Shown: positions 24,586-38,230 of the stretch, in pieces
How positions within the stretch are numbered: the stretch's first letter is position 1
Layout of the letters: each line of letters begins with the position of its first letter
Source of the DNA: Lama guanicoe
Lineage: Eukaryota
Reading direction: 5' to 3'
NCBI GenBank assembly: GCA_013239625.1
Contig: MU053881.1
Span: forward strand, 7,153,957-7,217,956
Length of the DNA stretch: 64,000 bases
Notes under the pieces: generated by a model
The model's database searches: none
Seen by the model: the letters and a program-made list of their open reading frames with translations, nothing else
What the model was told of the DNA's origin: nothing
Translations under genes and position numbers: made by a program

Positions 24586-26264
24586 ATACATAGTCTCAAA
24601 GGGAAGTGTACGTGGGACACAGATTGGGAAGGTGACTAAGTGGCGTGTGCTGATTTAGGTCTGCTTTGAGGGGACACACAGATTGGTATATGGCTCCCTT
24701 CCAATCTAACAGGTTCCTCAGGGGAATGGGACTGAAGTCTTATCTGTCTTGGAGAATAGTTTCTTCACCCTTTGATGGCTTGAGCCTGAGTGGGAAGGGG
24801 ACAGATTTTGAAGTCCTGGCTATGCTTTCAGGCTCATGTCCATGAACACCGTAGGAAGCAACACTGGATTCAGAGTTAGGAGACTCGGTCCCAGCTCCAG
24901 CCCTGCCCCTTGCTTCCTGTGTGCTCCAGGGCAAGTTGCGCTCCCCTCTCTGGTCTTTATCTATAAAACAAGGCTAGGGAATCAGCTCCTTCTACTCTGA
25001 GTGTGATGACTTAGAGTCTCCCACAGCTGAGTTTGCATCCTAGGCCCCTAGTTCCTCGCTGTGCAGGCCTCTGTAGGTACCTTGACTTCTCAGGGGGCGT
25101 GTAGACTAAGTGTGATTGCATTCCTTAAGTGGTTAATGCATTACTGCTCACAGCTTAGGTGCTCTATAAATGATTACAATTAAGCGTACAGGCATGTCAT
25201 ATAGCTAAGTTATCAATGGCTGTAAGATAAAGCTACACAGAAACAGCTAAGATTTGGGCTCTTCAACTCTGAGTCATGTAACCACCGCCCCCCACCCCCC
25301 GCAGAAAAAGGGCTGATTGTACAAATTTGCAGCAGCTATAACTTTCAAATGAAGCATCCAACAAAACTGACATTATGTCATAATGAACATAATAAATGCT
25401 TATTACACCGAATCAAGCCACAATTATGTTCCTTCCATGATGGGATTATATATCTCATTTAGGAATTTTAAATCCCTTACAACTTCCGAGCATGATCTGT
25501 CACATGCTATCATTTAAATACTGGTGGGGCGTTGTAGAAGAAAACTTCCCTGCCTCTGTGATGTCAGGTGATGCTTCCCTGAGAGCCCCCAGGTCTCATG
25601 TGAGTCTCTCCAAGCGTCCAGCTGGTAGAGGGGCATGAAGATGCCTTTCCAATGGATAAACCTGTGTTCCTGGAATCCTCCTCCGGCACAGGAACTGTGT
25701 GGGTTGTCACCTTTGCAGTTGGTTACAACCAAGGGACACCTGGAAAGTGGGAGCCAAGAGGCCCGCATTCTAGTCCTTCGCGATCAATGAGCTGCGTGAT
25801 CTTGGATGAATAATTTATTAGAGGTTAAGAGATTATAGGCCTCCATTTTCTCATCTGCAAAATAAAAAAAAGAGGCCTATAGCTCTAAATTCTGGAAGTC
25901 TATGATTGGTACCTGAAATTAGACAGACTGCAGAATTAGGCCCCTTCTTTTCTTATTCCTTGGGTGAGATTTGGGCTTAGAAGTTATGGTTCCCAAACTT
26001 TGCTGCACATTAGAATTACCTGCTCTCCACTTCCCCACACGTGGGGATTTTTAATGTTCCTCGGGCAATTCTAAACATGTGGTAAACTGAACCACTGCTC
26101 TTAGGGGGCCAGTGTAGCTCAACAGACAAAAATAGGGCAGGCCACCCTGACTGCAGACTGGCCGGCTGTCTTAAACAACTTCTCAGTTCCTATGAACACA
26201 CTTTTCCTCATTTCTAAACTCAAAAAGGTTTTACAAGCAATGATTGAGACAATGCGCAGGTACC

Positions 26265-26429
26265 CAGTGCCTCGCAAAGTGTGGTCCACAGACCAACAGC
26301 ATCGGGGTCACCTGGGAACTTGTTAGAAATGAAGAATCTCAGGCCCCAGTCTGGTCTTGATGATGCAGAATCCGATTCTAAGAAGATTCCCAGGTGGGTA
26401 GAAGGCCCACTGAAGTTTGAGAAGCACTG
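26265..26429 (+). mobile_element. MER5A-family MITE
   Basis: 'cagtgcctcgcaaagtgtggtccacagaccaacagcatc...cacctgggaacttgttagaaatg...aagattcccaggtg...aagtttgagaagcactg'. Confidence 0.85.
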
Positions 26430-26739
26430 CTCTAGCACTTGGGGCTGTTCAGTACAAAGTATCCTTTGTAACCTTCTCATCCATCCTCCCCTTTCATTCA
26501 TTAGCCACTCGTCAACACTGGCACACCACGCTTACGGCCAAATGCTGGGCCCTTAGCCTAGTGACTGGTGCGTAGTAGGGCTTCAACAGATGTTTGGTGA
26601 TTCAGTGAATGGATACAAAAAGGAATCAGACCTGGCTCCTGCTCTCAGGAGGGAGCTCATGGTCTAAGAGGAAAATTAAGACCGGAACCCAGGACAGAGT
26701 AATAGTCACGAATGATGAAGGCTCCCTTTGATTCACACA

Positions 26740-26950
26740 CTAGCTATGTGGCAGGTATATGCTAAGCGATTTACCTGCATAATCTCTCTGAATCCTCACA
26801 ACAACTTTAGGGGTAAGGCTATTATTCTCTGCCGTAGACGAATGAGGAGACTGGCACAGAGAGGAAAAGTGGCTTGTCCAAAACCACACTCAGCTAGTAC
26901 GGGGCACCGACAAGATCTGAAGGCAGGGCAGCCCCCGCCTGACCCCTCTG
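26740..26950 (-). mobile_element. MIR SINE
   Basis: 'tgctaagcgatttac...aatcctcacaacaac...atgaggagactggcacagagagg...cttgtccaaaaccacac'. Confidence 0.75.
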
Positions 26951-27677
26951 CACTTCTGTCACTGCAAGATGAAGCCGCGGGGCAATTTCTGCCTTACAGC
27001 TTTGACTAGCCCCTTTCAAGGGCAGCCCCGTCCCCAGGTGCCCTGGCGAGAGGCAGCAGGAGGCCCTGCAGGCAGGGACGCTGCAGGGTTGCTGTTCCAA
27101 GCAGAAGAACTGGCCGGAGGGCTGAGAGCTCCTGCCGGCTGCTTGTCTGACACAGTCCACCACATCCAGCTGCCCCTCTCCCTGGCCTCTCTCCTACCAC
27201 TTGGGCATTTTACTTGCAAATACATTCTGCGGAGGACACCAGGGTTCTCAATGACAAGTCTAGGCAACGGAAAGAAACATCATTGTCTGAGCTTGCGGGT
27301 AGGAGGCAGCAACTTGCCGGAAATCTCCTGATGAGGAAGGAAGAGAGGCTGGGAATTCCAGACCAGGGGTCTTGAGCCCTGGGCTAAGGAGGAGCTGTGA
27401 ACAAGGATAGGTAGGTCTTTGTTCACCAGGGACTCAAGATAATAATGTAATTCCCCTTGATCTTCCTCATCAAACAGAAGAGTTCCCGAAAATCTGCATC
27501 TGAATCATGTTTTGGTCAATATAATTTTATCATTCAACATGAGATGGTGGATGGCATGGTAATTAACTGAAATATTTATTTGTGCTTCAGCTCTCCTGTA
27601 ATTTTCCTTCCCTTCTCCCTCCCTATCCCTGCCATTTCCATAGGGGGAGCCAGGAATTTTGCTCCCTGCCCTTGGAG

Positions 27678-27800
27678 CAGTGTTCTCACAATGCTGACCA
27701 GCCTCGTGGGCATCACTTAGGACCTTGTTTGAAATGCACATTCTCAGGCCCCACCCCACACCTGATGAATCAGAACCTTGGGAGTAGGACGTCCAGGGGG
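27678..27800 (+). mobile_element. MER5-family fragment
   Basis: 'cagtgttctca...gcatcacttaggaccttgtttgaaatgcacattctcaggccccacccca...tgaatcagaacc'. Confidence 0.7.
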
Positions 27801-29129
27801 CTCTAACAGGAGAGCTGCGGGCTTAGAGAGCTTTGGGGCAGAGCATCTCCAGTGAGCAACTGAGGTCAGGAAAAGGGAAGAGGGACACATGCTGCTGAGA
27901 AGGAGGAGAAAGCAGATAAGGAGGGGAAAGGGTGAAAAAAAGACTGCCAGGACTAGGAAGAGGTGGGGAATTGAGGTTCTGAGTAGCACAGGTCAGTAAC
28001 CCCTGCCCTCAGCTGTGCCCCCAGGGTGACTGGACCCCTGGCCCCAGCAGTACTTAACCAGAAAAGCTTCCTCCCTTAGGGAAAGGCATGACCAATGGTA
28101 CATCAGCCGTGAGCAGGGTGCGCCCAGGACCAGCGGGGTCTCCAGGAGCGCTCAGCTAGGCACAAGACCCCAGGGGCTTTTCTCTGGGTGGGGACGGCGG
28201 AAGTTGAGTCTGAGTCCTTGCCAAAGCCGAGAGAGACAGGTCAGGGCTGCTCGGGGTGAGATCTGAGTCGATGGAGAGAAAACCACGGGTTGGTCTTCTT
28301 CTATCTCACAACAGTTCATGGGTGTAAATTTATACCCGCCTCACCTGGACAGCTTGAAAGAGGCACTTCTTTGAAAAACATTCTCAGCTTCTCCCAAACT
28401 CTCTTTAGACAGAGGCAGCAGTGCCTTACAAGCACAGAGCGAAGCGGTGGGATGTTATATTTCCTAATACAGATGTTGCAGAAGCACCCAGTGGAAATCC
28501 AGGGGCAGAGGCTAGGACAACCCAAAGCCCCGCTTCTCTTCTCCTTGCTTCCAGGGAAGCAGTTTATCTAGAGCAAACCTGGCCAGCATCCTTCCCATTA
28601 CTTGGCTTCTTCACGGTGGGAAGGTCTCCTCCAGACCCTCATTTTCACCATCAAAATGTCAATTCTCACACCCGTGGGTTTAACCCAGTCGGAGCTCAGA
28701 ATCTAGTACCCTTCCACCTCCCAGCTCACACCTGGCCAGGTGATGGTTGCAGAGAGCACTGCCCAGGCAGGTGCTAACACTTTCTCTGTTCTGGGCAGTG
28801 AGTCCTCTGCTTCGTCTTGAGCCTGGCCTCCAGGCCCTCTCTGATTTCTACCTGGATATCCACCACCCACCATCTCAGCAGGAAGCTCTCTCCTTCTTTC
28901 AACTCATACTTTCTTTCTCTAATTTAGAAAAAAAATCGTTATCTGACCTTTTATTGCAATATTTTCTAATATGTCATCTTAAACTGTTGGTATGTAGTTC
29001 CCAGAGGTCAGGGGTCATGACCTACATACATCTTTCTATCACACCCACCCCAGTGCCTGACCCAGATTCAGTTTTCAGTGAATATTTACAGAGTGACTCT
29101 CTCTACGCAACTATATATTTGACAACTCC

Positions 29130-29855
29130 AGATAAATATTTTATAGGCAACATAAAATCAAAATGCTTAGCTGGAATGTGCAATCTTAACCTCTTCGGTT
29201 ACCTGAAATTTGATCCTCTTATTTATCTTAGGAAATAGTCCCCCATCCTCCCAGCTGCCCACATGGAAAGCTCCATACATCTTTGACGCCTTCTCTTCCT
29301 GGCCACATCCAACCGTTGGCCAAGTTCTTTCCAATTTCTACCTACAAAATATGGCTAAACTCTCTCCATTTCCCTCTACCCCAGTCCAGTCCACCACCGT
29401 ACCTCGCTGGCACTATAGCAATAGCCTCCCCTCTGGTACCTGCTTCCAATCTTGCTTCCTCCCTTCTGGGGAGCAACCAGAGTTGATTCTGAAAAATCCA
29501 AGTCTCATTACTCATGTCTCTACTTAGACACAATAAAACCAGAGCTTTTCCTTTGGGTTCATCTCCCACTGCTCTGCTCAGACACACTGGCTTTCTCTAA
29601 GTTGAATGAATTAGCTTGTTCTAATAGGTTCTTTATTTTATTCTTCTTGCAAATCTTTCCATTGTTCCTTCTCTGCACTTGTCACAATTCTTAATTAGAT
29701 ATTTATTTATGCATTTGTTGTTTTATGCTTGCTTCCTTTCCTAGGTGGAGCTTCTGGAGGGCAGGGACAATGCCTGCCTAGTTCACCGCTGTCTTTCCAT
29801 TACCCAGCACAGAACCTGAATGTAAGATATGCACAGTAAATACTGTTTGAATAAA
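29130..29855 (+). mobile_element. L2 LINE 3' fragment
   Basis: 'tggcactatagcaatagcctcc...gagggcagggacaatg...gttcaccgctgt...cccagcacagaacctg...cagtaaatactgtttgaataaa'. Confidence 0.65.
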
Positions 29856-30539
29856 CACATGTTCAAATTGTAAACATCATGCTCAACACACTATGCTTAC
29901 TCTTGCTCTGTTGTTAGAGCTGATTAGCTAGCAAAGGTGAGACATTCCCCTGATGCAAAGCAAGACTAGGCAATTCAATTTAATCCTGTTCAGTGCAGTT
30001 CAAGACATTTTGATTATATTCAGTTCATTTTAACTGAATTCAACAAACCTTCACAGACACCAGAAATCCGACAGCCTTTAGGCTAGGAGTAGAGAAATGA
30101 GTGATGAGAATTAGCCATTCTCTGCCCTCAGGGGGCTTCCCATTTATTGTTCCTCATCTTACAGCCAGTGACAATTGCAGGATGTGTGACTGAACTCACC
30201 TACCATCTTGAAATTGCAAACAGACTACTGGTCGACCTAAACTGACTCTCACTGCTGTCAGTCCCAAGTTAATGTATTGGGGTATCAGATAACAGTGATA
30301 GAGGTTTAAATATTGTATAAGACTAGTGGAAGTGAATAATGAGATGATGACCAAGAATGCTGAGTACAATGACTCACCCTCCACCACCAGTGACAGAAAT
30401 TCTCCAATCCATATTGAAAGCCTAACCTAGGACCTCGTGTTCCTTTCCAATGGATAATGTCTCCCTTTTATTTTATTTCATCTTGAATATATGAGATTTT
30501 AGCCTACTCACTTCCCAAAAGATGTAAGATGAATGACAG

Positions 30540-30900
30540 ATTAAAACACAAGACATATTATCAATGCCATGAAGTGAGTTCATCTATTACGAGAAACAGA
30601 AATAGTGACTTTTAAGGCACCATCACTAAGCGGCTGTAAACCCGAGGCCCTGGTTCTGAGTCCTCCGGCAGCTAAAGCAGAAAAAAAGGAAATACATCAA
30701 TTTACACGGTTTTAATTTTCTGACAGGGAAGACAAATACGGCTTTCTGCAGGGACCACGTTATTTTTCCCCTCTAACTATACACTGGCAGGAATTTATCA
30801 GGAGTCCTTACAAAAGGACTTAGAGAAGCAGAGAAGACATTACCTTAATCAGTTTCACTAAAGCAGCAAACACAGCTCAACCTGGTCGTTCTCACACACA
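30540..30900. mobile_element. Ancient LINE fragment, L4/RTE-X-like
   Basis: 'ggttctgagtcctccggcagctaaagcagaaaaaaaggaaatac' resembles a recalled L4 motif. Confidence 0.35.
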
Positions 30901-31294
30901 CATTCAATAAAGGCATTTCCTTGAGAGACTGACAGCATGGGATCCAACACTCTGCTTTCCGATGATCTAGCTTTATACTGGCTTAATTCCATTTAACCTC
31001 ATTTACTCTTTTCTGGACCTTAGTAGAAACCAAACAACTGTTTCACTCTCCTTCCAAGCATTAGCAGACTCAGCTCCCTGGGATGTTTGTTTCCTCTTTT
31101 CCAGGCCAAATCTTTTTCACCCTGTCATTCTATTCCTTATTTTCCCCCCCGAGTCCTCTATACTCTCCCAAATCTCCACACAACTCTTTCTTGACCTTTC
31201 TGCATCTCTGATGACTCTTAAGATGTGGGAGACACGTCTAGGATAGTGTTTGTTGACAAATGTCTGGCCAAATAAGAAATATAAAGTCAGAGGA

Positions 31295-31530
31295 TCTCAG
31301 AACTGAAAGGACTCAAAGGTTACTTAGTTCAGCCCTCACCTTCATGCATCATTCCCTCTGTAACATCCACAATAAGGGAGCCGATGATCTCTGCATGAAT
31401 AACTTCAGAAAGACAGACGTGTCCACCTAACCAGCTGTGGACTGCGAGAATTGTTAGAAAGCTCTTTCTATGTTGGGTTGTAAGCTTCTTTCTTATAACA
31501 TCAAGACACTGAACCAGTTCTGGCTTCTGG
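31295..31530. mobile_element. Ancient CR1/L3-like fragment
   Basis: 'agaactgaaaggactcaaaggttacttagttcagccc...ctctgcatgaataac...gaattgttagaaagctctttctatgttg'. Confidence 0.4.
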
Positions 31531-32974
31531 AGAATGATCTTCTGGTTCCCCTTAAAATAGTCTGAGAAGTTACTTTTTTGTTTTATACAGACCCACGCCT
31601 GCTCACTGGAACATTCTGTGATGCCACCTAAATTTTCACGTGTTGTTTCTGCCCAGTCCTAGGCTTATCTACTTTGAAAGTCAGTGTTTTATTAATGGAA
31701 TCTATCTGACCTGGATTCTAGGAACCTGTGTCATTCCTTACCAAACCTCCCATGAGCTGTTCATGCTGATACAACACAATCATTTGAGAGACACAAGGCA
31801 TACTATATATTTTCCCCACTGTCCTAAGTATTTCTGGCAAAATAAGAGGAGTGTGAAAGGGCGCAAGCCCTCTACCCCGAGTCAATTATGAGGGTGACTG
31901 GGTGGCTGATAAATGACAGACCCTTCTGCGTGAATGGCCTCTCTACAGCCGGGCATTGCTGGCACACCAGCTTTCTTCCTGGCCTTAGTACTTATGTAAC
32001 AGCCTTTAAGAGAGCCCAGTGCCTAACACTGAATCCTAAAATGTGACATTGTTCTTATGAAATGAATATTTAAACGACATGCTGCAAATTCGTACAAAAA
32101 AGGGAAAAATACCCCCTTTGCCCTCTATTTTAATAATAAAAAGGAAGGGGTGAGGGACAGGGATGAAGAGAACAGGCACCCTGTAAGTGCATGGAAAGCT
32201 ACAATTTAAATACGCGCACCAGGATTTCAACAGAGAATGTTCTGAGCCCTCAGCTCTGTTATTCAGATGATGGGTTTTTCAGGCTTTCAGTTTGCCCTGC
32301 TCTTGTTTGCCCACCTCTGCGGCTCTCATTGTCCCAGAAATCCAAACTTAGACTGAGGAAGGAAGGCAAAGATGGTACCCAGCGGTTTCATAACTCCTCA
32401 TTAGCAACAGCGCAGTGAGGTATGAACGGGGCAGGTTCCTTTTCCTGCCAAGTGAAGATACCAGATGATTGGTGTCTACTAAGTTAGGACTCTGTCTTCC
32501 CCATCTGAGGGCAGATGAGCAAGCTGACCATGCTTTGTCCACCTATGTGTGTGTGTGGACATCATGTTTTCCACGTGCAAACCCTTCCCCCCCATCCAGG
32601 GAGCGTATCCACCAAGAGAATTTTAAATGTGCCTGCACTGCTTTAATTTTCAAGAGCAACTCGGTTGAGGTGAGCTGGTGGGGCATCTCCGGGCACCAGT
32701 GCTCAGGGTGGACGTTGCAGTGGAAACCTTCCCTTCCACTGCTTAGCTCAGTGTGTCTCGGTCAGCGGGCTGGTTTAAGGAGGTAATGAATGGCCGTGCG
32801 CAGAGGGGAGGCCAGGGGGTGAGAGGACAGCAGGACCGACAGGAGCCCAACCAGACCTGGAGCTAACAGGACCAGCCCTTCACCCCGCAGAGCCAGGACG
32901 CTCTGGGAGCCTGGAAGACCAGGAGGATGTCCGTACGCTCCCGAGCCTTCCTAGGGCACTGTTTCTGCTGCTCC

Positions 32975-32995
32975 ATGAGCAGCACGGACAGCGCT
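32975..32995 (+). promoter_or_regulatory. RE1/NRSE (REST)-like element
   Basis: ATGAGCAGCACGGACAGCGCT versus consensus TTCAGCACCACGGACAGCGCC gives 17/21, with canonical spacing and an intact GGACAG half-site. Confidence 0.5.
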
Positions 32996-33029
32996 GTGTG
33001 GTTTTCATTCACTGACTGTTCAGTGGTGG

Positions 33030-33360
33030 GAAGTGTCCCAGCTCCGCCTATGACCTTGGGCAGGCACCTGACACTTCTTGGCCTCAGTTCTCCCATCTGC
33101 TCAGTGGCGATGGCTATACTTATCCACTCAGGGCTGTGGAAAGGACAAAATAACAGCGTTACACTGAATAATAACAATAGCTAACAGGGGTTAAGTACTC
33201 ACTACATGTCAGGCAATGTGTTAAGTGCCTTCTATATTTTGTCTCATTTCATCCTCGTAACAGTCTACAAGGTAACGACTCTGACTGTCCTCATGATATG
33301 GATGTGGAAACTGAGGCTCAGAGCAGTTCAATCCCTGGCCAAAGGGCACACAGCCAACAA
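33030..33360. mobile_element. Two MIR SINEs joined tail to tail (+ then -)
   Basis: Plus copy 'tgaccttgggcagg...cctcagttctcccatctg'; shared 'aataataacaatagcta' junction; minus copy 'gatgtggaaactgaggctcagag'. Confidence 0.7.
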
Positions 33361-36184
33361 GCACTGATGGTGCCTGTTTTCTCTCGTTCCTTCATTCACT
33401 GCTGTTGACGAGTACTTGCTCCAAACCAGGCACTGAGAAGCAAAACTACAGGCAGTCCCTGCCCTCACGGCTCTCAGTCTCACTGCTGGAATTCACACAC
33501 TTCAGAGTAAGTGGAAGTGGCCTAGGACTCCAAATTCTCACGCTCCAGTGGGCTCTGGGACAAGCCCTGCCTGGTGCTGATGACTGAGACATGCTCAGGG
33601 AGACAGTGCTGGTTCCACCTAACTTTCAGGGACAGAAACCAGGCGTATTGGCCAAGGCAGGAAGGTCTTGTATGTTTTCCTTACATGTGACGTCAGCCCA
33701 GACTTACAGGTCTGAAAGGTACCTTGAAAATGAACTGAATCCATTTCTCTGCCTCTGAGAAAGACTGCATTTGTACCGTCCTTCGCCAGAAAGATTCCAG
33801 CAAGGAACCTCGCTTTAAAAACCCGGTGTAAACAAAGTCTGTATTTACAAACAGATAAATTTAAGGGCATTCCAGTGCCTTTAAACAGTGAGCACTCCCA
33901 GTGCATTTTAAATAGGATTCATTCAATGCATTTTCTTAACCACACAGCTTTTCAGGAATGCAAAGTACACCTGTGCCCAGCATCCTAAGGCTTCTAAAAG
34001 GTAGATGATGCCTTTCTCCCTGTTTGGGTACAGGCTTATACCTCTAAAAGCATTTGTACGAAAGTCCTTCCTTAAATCTAACCCGAATCCTACCTGAGAT
34101 GATTAAGGTCACTTGAGTGATCTTTAAAATACAACCCAAGAGAGAGGGACTTGAGGGAAGAGGGTGGATCCGGAGTGGAGCGCAGACTCGCGCTGAGGAC
34201 TCCCAGGAGATCTGGGGCAGCCTCTTGGATTAACAACATCATTTGTGGCTACATCTTGGCATCATTTTCCTAATTTTGTTCTAGCTGCTCCCAGACACTC
34301 AGTCCTGAAAATCTTTTTCTTGGAGACACTTAAAGCAGCATCTGTAATGTGTGCCACACAGCTTAGCACTTGCTCAACCAGCACGGCTCTTGAAGATCAT
34401 CAAGTCCTGCCCTCCCAGGACAGAGGAGGAAGTTGAGGCTCCAGGAACCAGTGACTGGATGCAGGGCATGCAGCCAATGTGCAGCAAAACCGTGCAGCTC
34501 ATCCAGACCTCAGACCACAGACATGGTGCTCTTCCCTCTAGAAATCTGAGTCTCCTCCCCTCATGTGACTCTTTGTTTCCCTGAGGCCCAGAGACACGTC
34601 CCGGCACATTTTCTAGGACCCGGCAGCCTGGGTTTGAGCCCAGTAGTTGCCTGAAGCATGTGTGTCTTGCTTTGACTTGAGTGGGTTCAGACAAAATCTG
34701 TCTGGGAGCCATGAAGGGGAACTGAACCTATGGATCCTCTGTACCTGTTTGTAAATACAGACTTTGTTCAGCTAAGTTTTAAAAGTGAAGTTCCCCGACT
34801 GAATCTCTCTAGAGAAGAGGACAAATGTGGTCTCCCTCCATTCTTTCTTTTCACACTTATTAAATATGCTCAGGAGGTGTCTGAGCCCAGAACCTTCCTA
34901 TGGGATAGAACAGCCCATCACTCTCTGAGCTCTCCCTGGCATTGCCAGATGACCTTCGGCCCCTAGTGGTCCTGGGCAGGGGACTCCCCCTTCCTCTCCT
35001 CCAGGACCACCCTGAGCTCTAATTAGACGGCAGAAGCCTGGTGTCCCCCCATCTCCTCTGGGAACGGCCGTATAGCTCCCGAGCTGCCCATCATCCCTGA
35101 ATCTCGGCACAGTTACAAGCTGTCTGGCTCAGGACGGCACCGAAGTGCTCAGCTCTGCCCAGGATTGGCTCCTGGAGAGTGAGGTCCTGTGACTCTTCTT
35201 CCACTCTCTGGAACTCTCCGTTTGGCAGTTTGCCAAGTCACTGTCTGTGATCAATTCCTAACGCTCCCACTGAGTTTGCACAACTGGTGAAAGTACCTGC
35301 TCATGTTTCCCCTGGCAGCGGTTCAAGCTGATGCAGACTTAGTCACTGGGCTGCACACACGTGCAGCCCGGGTGGCCCGTCTCAGCCTTCTCAGGCGTCT
35401 CGGGCGAACATGACCGCTCATGAAGTCGTCCCCCTCAACTTCAGGAGCTGCCCCTTGAAGACGTATTAAAAAAAAAAAAAAAGAAAAAGGACAAGCTCAG
35501 GAAGGCCCAGGACTCTGCATTTGGGCAAGCCACTCCCCTCCTTGGATCTCAGTTTGCCCATTCCCAAAATGGGAGAACAGGCATAGATGGGTTCACAAGT
35601 TCCTTCTGCATCCAAGTCCCACCTGACTGCTGGGCCACGGCCCCGCGTGGGGAGGCGAGAGGGGTCTTTCTGGCCACGAGCTGACAGCCTGTCATAATCA
35701 CCTGAGGCCTAAAAAAAATGATTTTTTTTGCTTCAAAATACAAAAATAGAAAACGGCAAAATCAAAACGAGCAAATATTTAATTAAATGTCTACAAGGTA
35801 ACATTATACAAATGCCATTAATTATTAAATTTGATATCAAACATTTCATTGCATTTAAAAAATTTATTTTTTATTTTTTATTTTTTCATTGCATTTTAAA
35901 ACAATGCGTTTCTTAGAATTTCTTCCTTTGAAAGAATTCTCCGATACTACCTGGTGATTGCTGTGGGTTTATAGTCATGAGTTACTAGCAGCCAAATGTT
36001 TTCAACAGCCAAATTATTTTTTAAACAATCATTTTAAACATGTTGCAGCAAAAAAAATTAATGTACAATGTGGGTAATTTTCAATGCGCTTGATAGGAGG
36101 TAGAGTGAAATCTCCAAAAGTAAGAATGCCTAGGCCTTTGAAAATCTTAACGTTTTCCTAGAACCAGCGTATATAATACTAAGA

Positions 36185-36395
36185 ACTAATATTTGTTAAG
36201 TGCTTGCTTCGTGCCAGGATCTCTCTCTAGACTTTTGCATGCGTTAGCTCACCTGATCCCTGAGACCATCTTTGAGGTCGAAACTATTCCCATTTTACAG
36301 GTGAGGAAACTGACACCGAGGTAAGGACACAGGTTAGTTACCAGCACAGACAGGAGGGGAAACCAGCATCTCCAGCGCTCATGCTCTTAGTCACT
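36185..36395 (-). mobile_element. MIR SINE
   Basis: 'ctaatatttgttaagtgctt...gtgccagg...ccccattttacaggtgaggaaactga'. Confidence 0.75.
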
Positions 36396-37989
36396 CTACC
36401 GCCCCATATGCCGGGCATCCCTGGGCTTTTCCAGAGGAGAAGACAAGTGCTGGCGGGGCAAGAAGGAAAAGAGGCACATCTCCACGAGTTAGGAGTGGAA
36501 CTCATGCTGCATCAAACAGAGTCTTTCCCCTGCTTGGCCCTGCTTCTACGGCTGCCTCCTCTGTGGTTCTCTCCTGTCTGCAGAAGCCTTCTTTTTAGCT
36601 GACTCTCAGCCCCATCTACATGCAATTAATAATACAAAAAATATTTTTTTAAAAAAGAGCTAATAGCCACTGACAAGCTCAGTCAGTCTTTTCTACAGCA
36701 CTTAATCTCATACAATCCACACAGCAAACCCCATCTTATAAACAAGGGATTTGGGGGTTAGAGACTTGAATTACTTTGTCCATGGTCACGTGGCTTTCAG
36801 AAGTAGAGGAAGCCAGGACTTACACTCTGGTCTTCTTCTAAAGCCTAAACTCTTTTTTATGCTAGGAATGTACGTGCATTGTTTAAGCAATTTGGTTAAT
36901 AAGAAGTATACTGAATAAAAGGTGAAGCCCTCCCTTTGCCACAAACTACCTACTCCTCTTCCCCTAACTGATCCCCTCTCCCTCTGTGTTCTCCATTAAT
37001 ACCTTGGTGGACACTCTTCCAGATTTTTGCTATATACTTTCGTATCTATCCAGGTATCTATGCATCCGTCCCTTTCTTCCTCACTTATTTATTCCCATGG
37101 CTTCACTCTCTACATGCGGCAGCTCCCAGGGTGGAAAAGGCAATGATGACCCCTCATCAGAGATGTTGAAGTTCCAAGGGCAAGGCTGACCAGAGCCCTG
37201 ACAGATAATCCATGGGATCAGGAAAGACAGCTGGGGTGCTTCGTACCCCTTCCATCTGCCTCCCCCTTGGCACGGTTTCTCTGGCTCACGGGCCAGTTTT
37301 ATCTACTCCTGCACGTCCCATGTGCTGAAGTCGTACTCCAGTCTCACCCTGGGAGGTCTCTGGGCTCAGCTGGCTCAGACCCCATGTGCGGGAAGCTTCG
37401 AGAAGAACAAGGCATCTCTGCATAAGACTAGCGGCAAATATCTGACTCACTGCTGCTTCTCTGTCCTTTGCTTAAAGGGGAATCTTAATTAGAATTATCC
37501 AGAAGAGAGAAGCAGGTGATGGACTGAACTACGTGGGGACAGGACCATGCTGCATTGATTTTTGCAGCCCCAATGCCAGCAGTGCCTCTAGTGCACAGGA
37601 GGTGCTCACTAAATTGTCGAACGAGTAAGTCGTTCTCACTCAAAAGGGTAAGAACAGGGTGTCCCCCCATGGTTGCATGTGGAAAAGCTCTGTTACAATG
37701 AATTTCTTTATTTGCAACGATGAGCAATTTTTAGTCCTCTGGTGGATTTTTACCCCTTTTATTTTCATAGTTATAGTTCAGGGGCAAAGAAAAGCTTTTC
37801 TCTCTCTGAAAGAGCAGAAGAAACCCATGGGGTTTGGGCAACAAACTGTAAGGCTCTCTCTTTCTCATGGTGCTAAGACGGAAATAGTTAACAATTGCAC
37901 TGACAATGTCATCTGTGTAAAAGCAGTGACATCCTGGCTGAGAGATGGCCAAGACAACACTGTGCACAGGAGTGGGGGCTGGGCAGTCC

Positions 37990-38230
37990 GTGAGCGCAGG
38001 GCTCTGGTTCTGGCGCTCATTTCTTAGCTGTGTGACCTCAGGCAAGTTACTTAACTTCTCTGTTTCTCAGTTTCATCATCTGTAAAATGGTGATAATAAT
38101 AGCACCTACCTCATGCAGTGTGTGGAAGAGGATTAGGCAAGAGGATCGAAGTGAAATACTGAACACAGTGCTTGGTATATATATGTGTGTGAATAATAGG
38201 AGCTCAAAATTATACTATTATTATTAATAA
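37990..38230 (+). mobile_element. MIR SINE
   Basis: Near-consensus core 'agctgtgtgacctcaggcaagttacttaacttctctgtttctcagtttcatcatctgtaaaatgg'. Confidence 0.9.

Noticed and set aside
35346..35488. Hairpin GGGCTGCAC-ACAC-GTGCAGCCC followed by ATTAAA and a poly(A) run; possible retrocopy or small RNA
   Set aside because: The stem is only 9-11 bp. No clear TSD or recognisable parent transcript, and poly(A) runs are common in this window.
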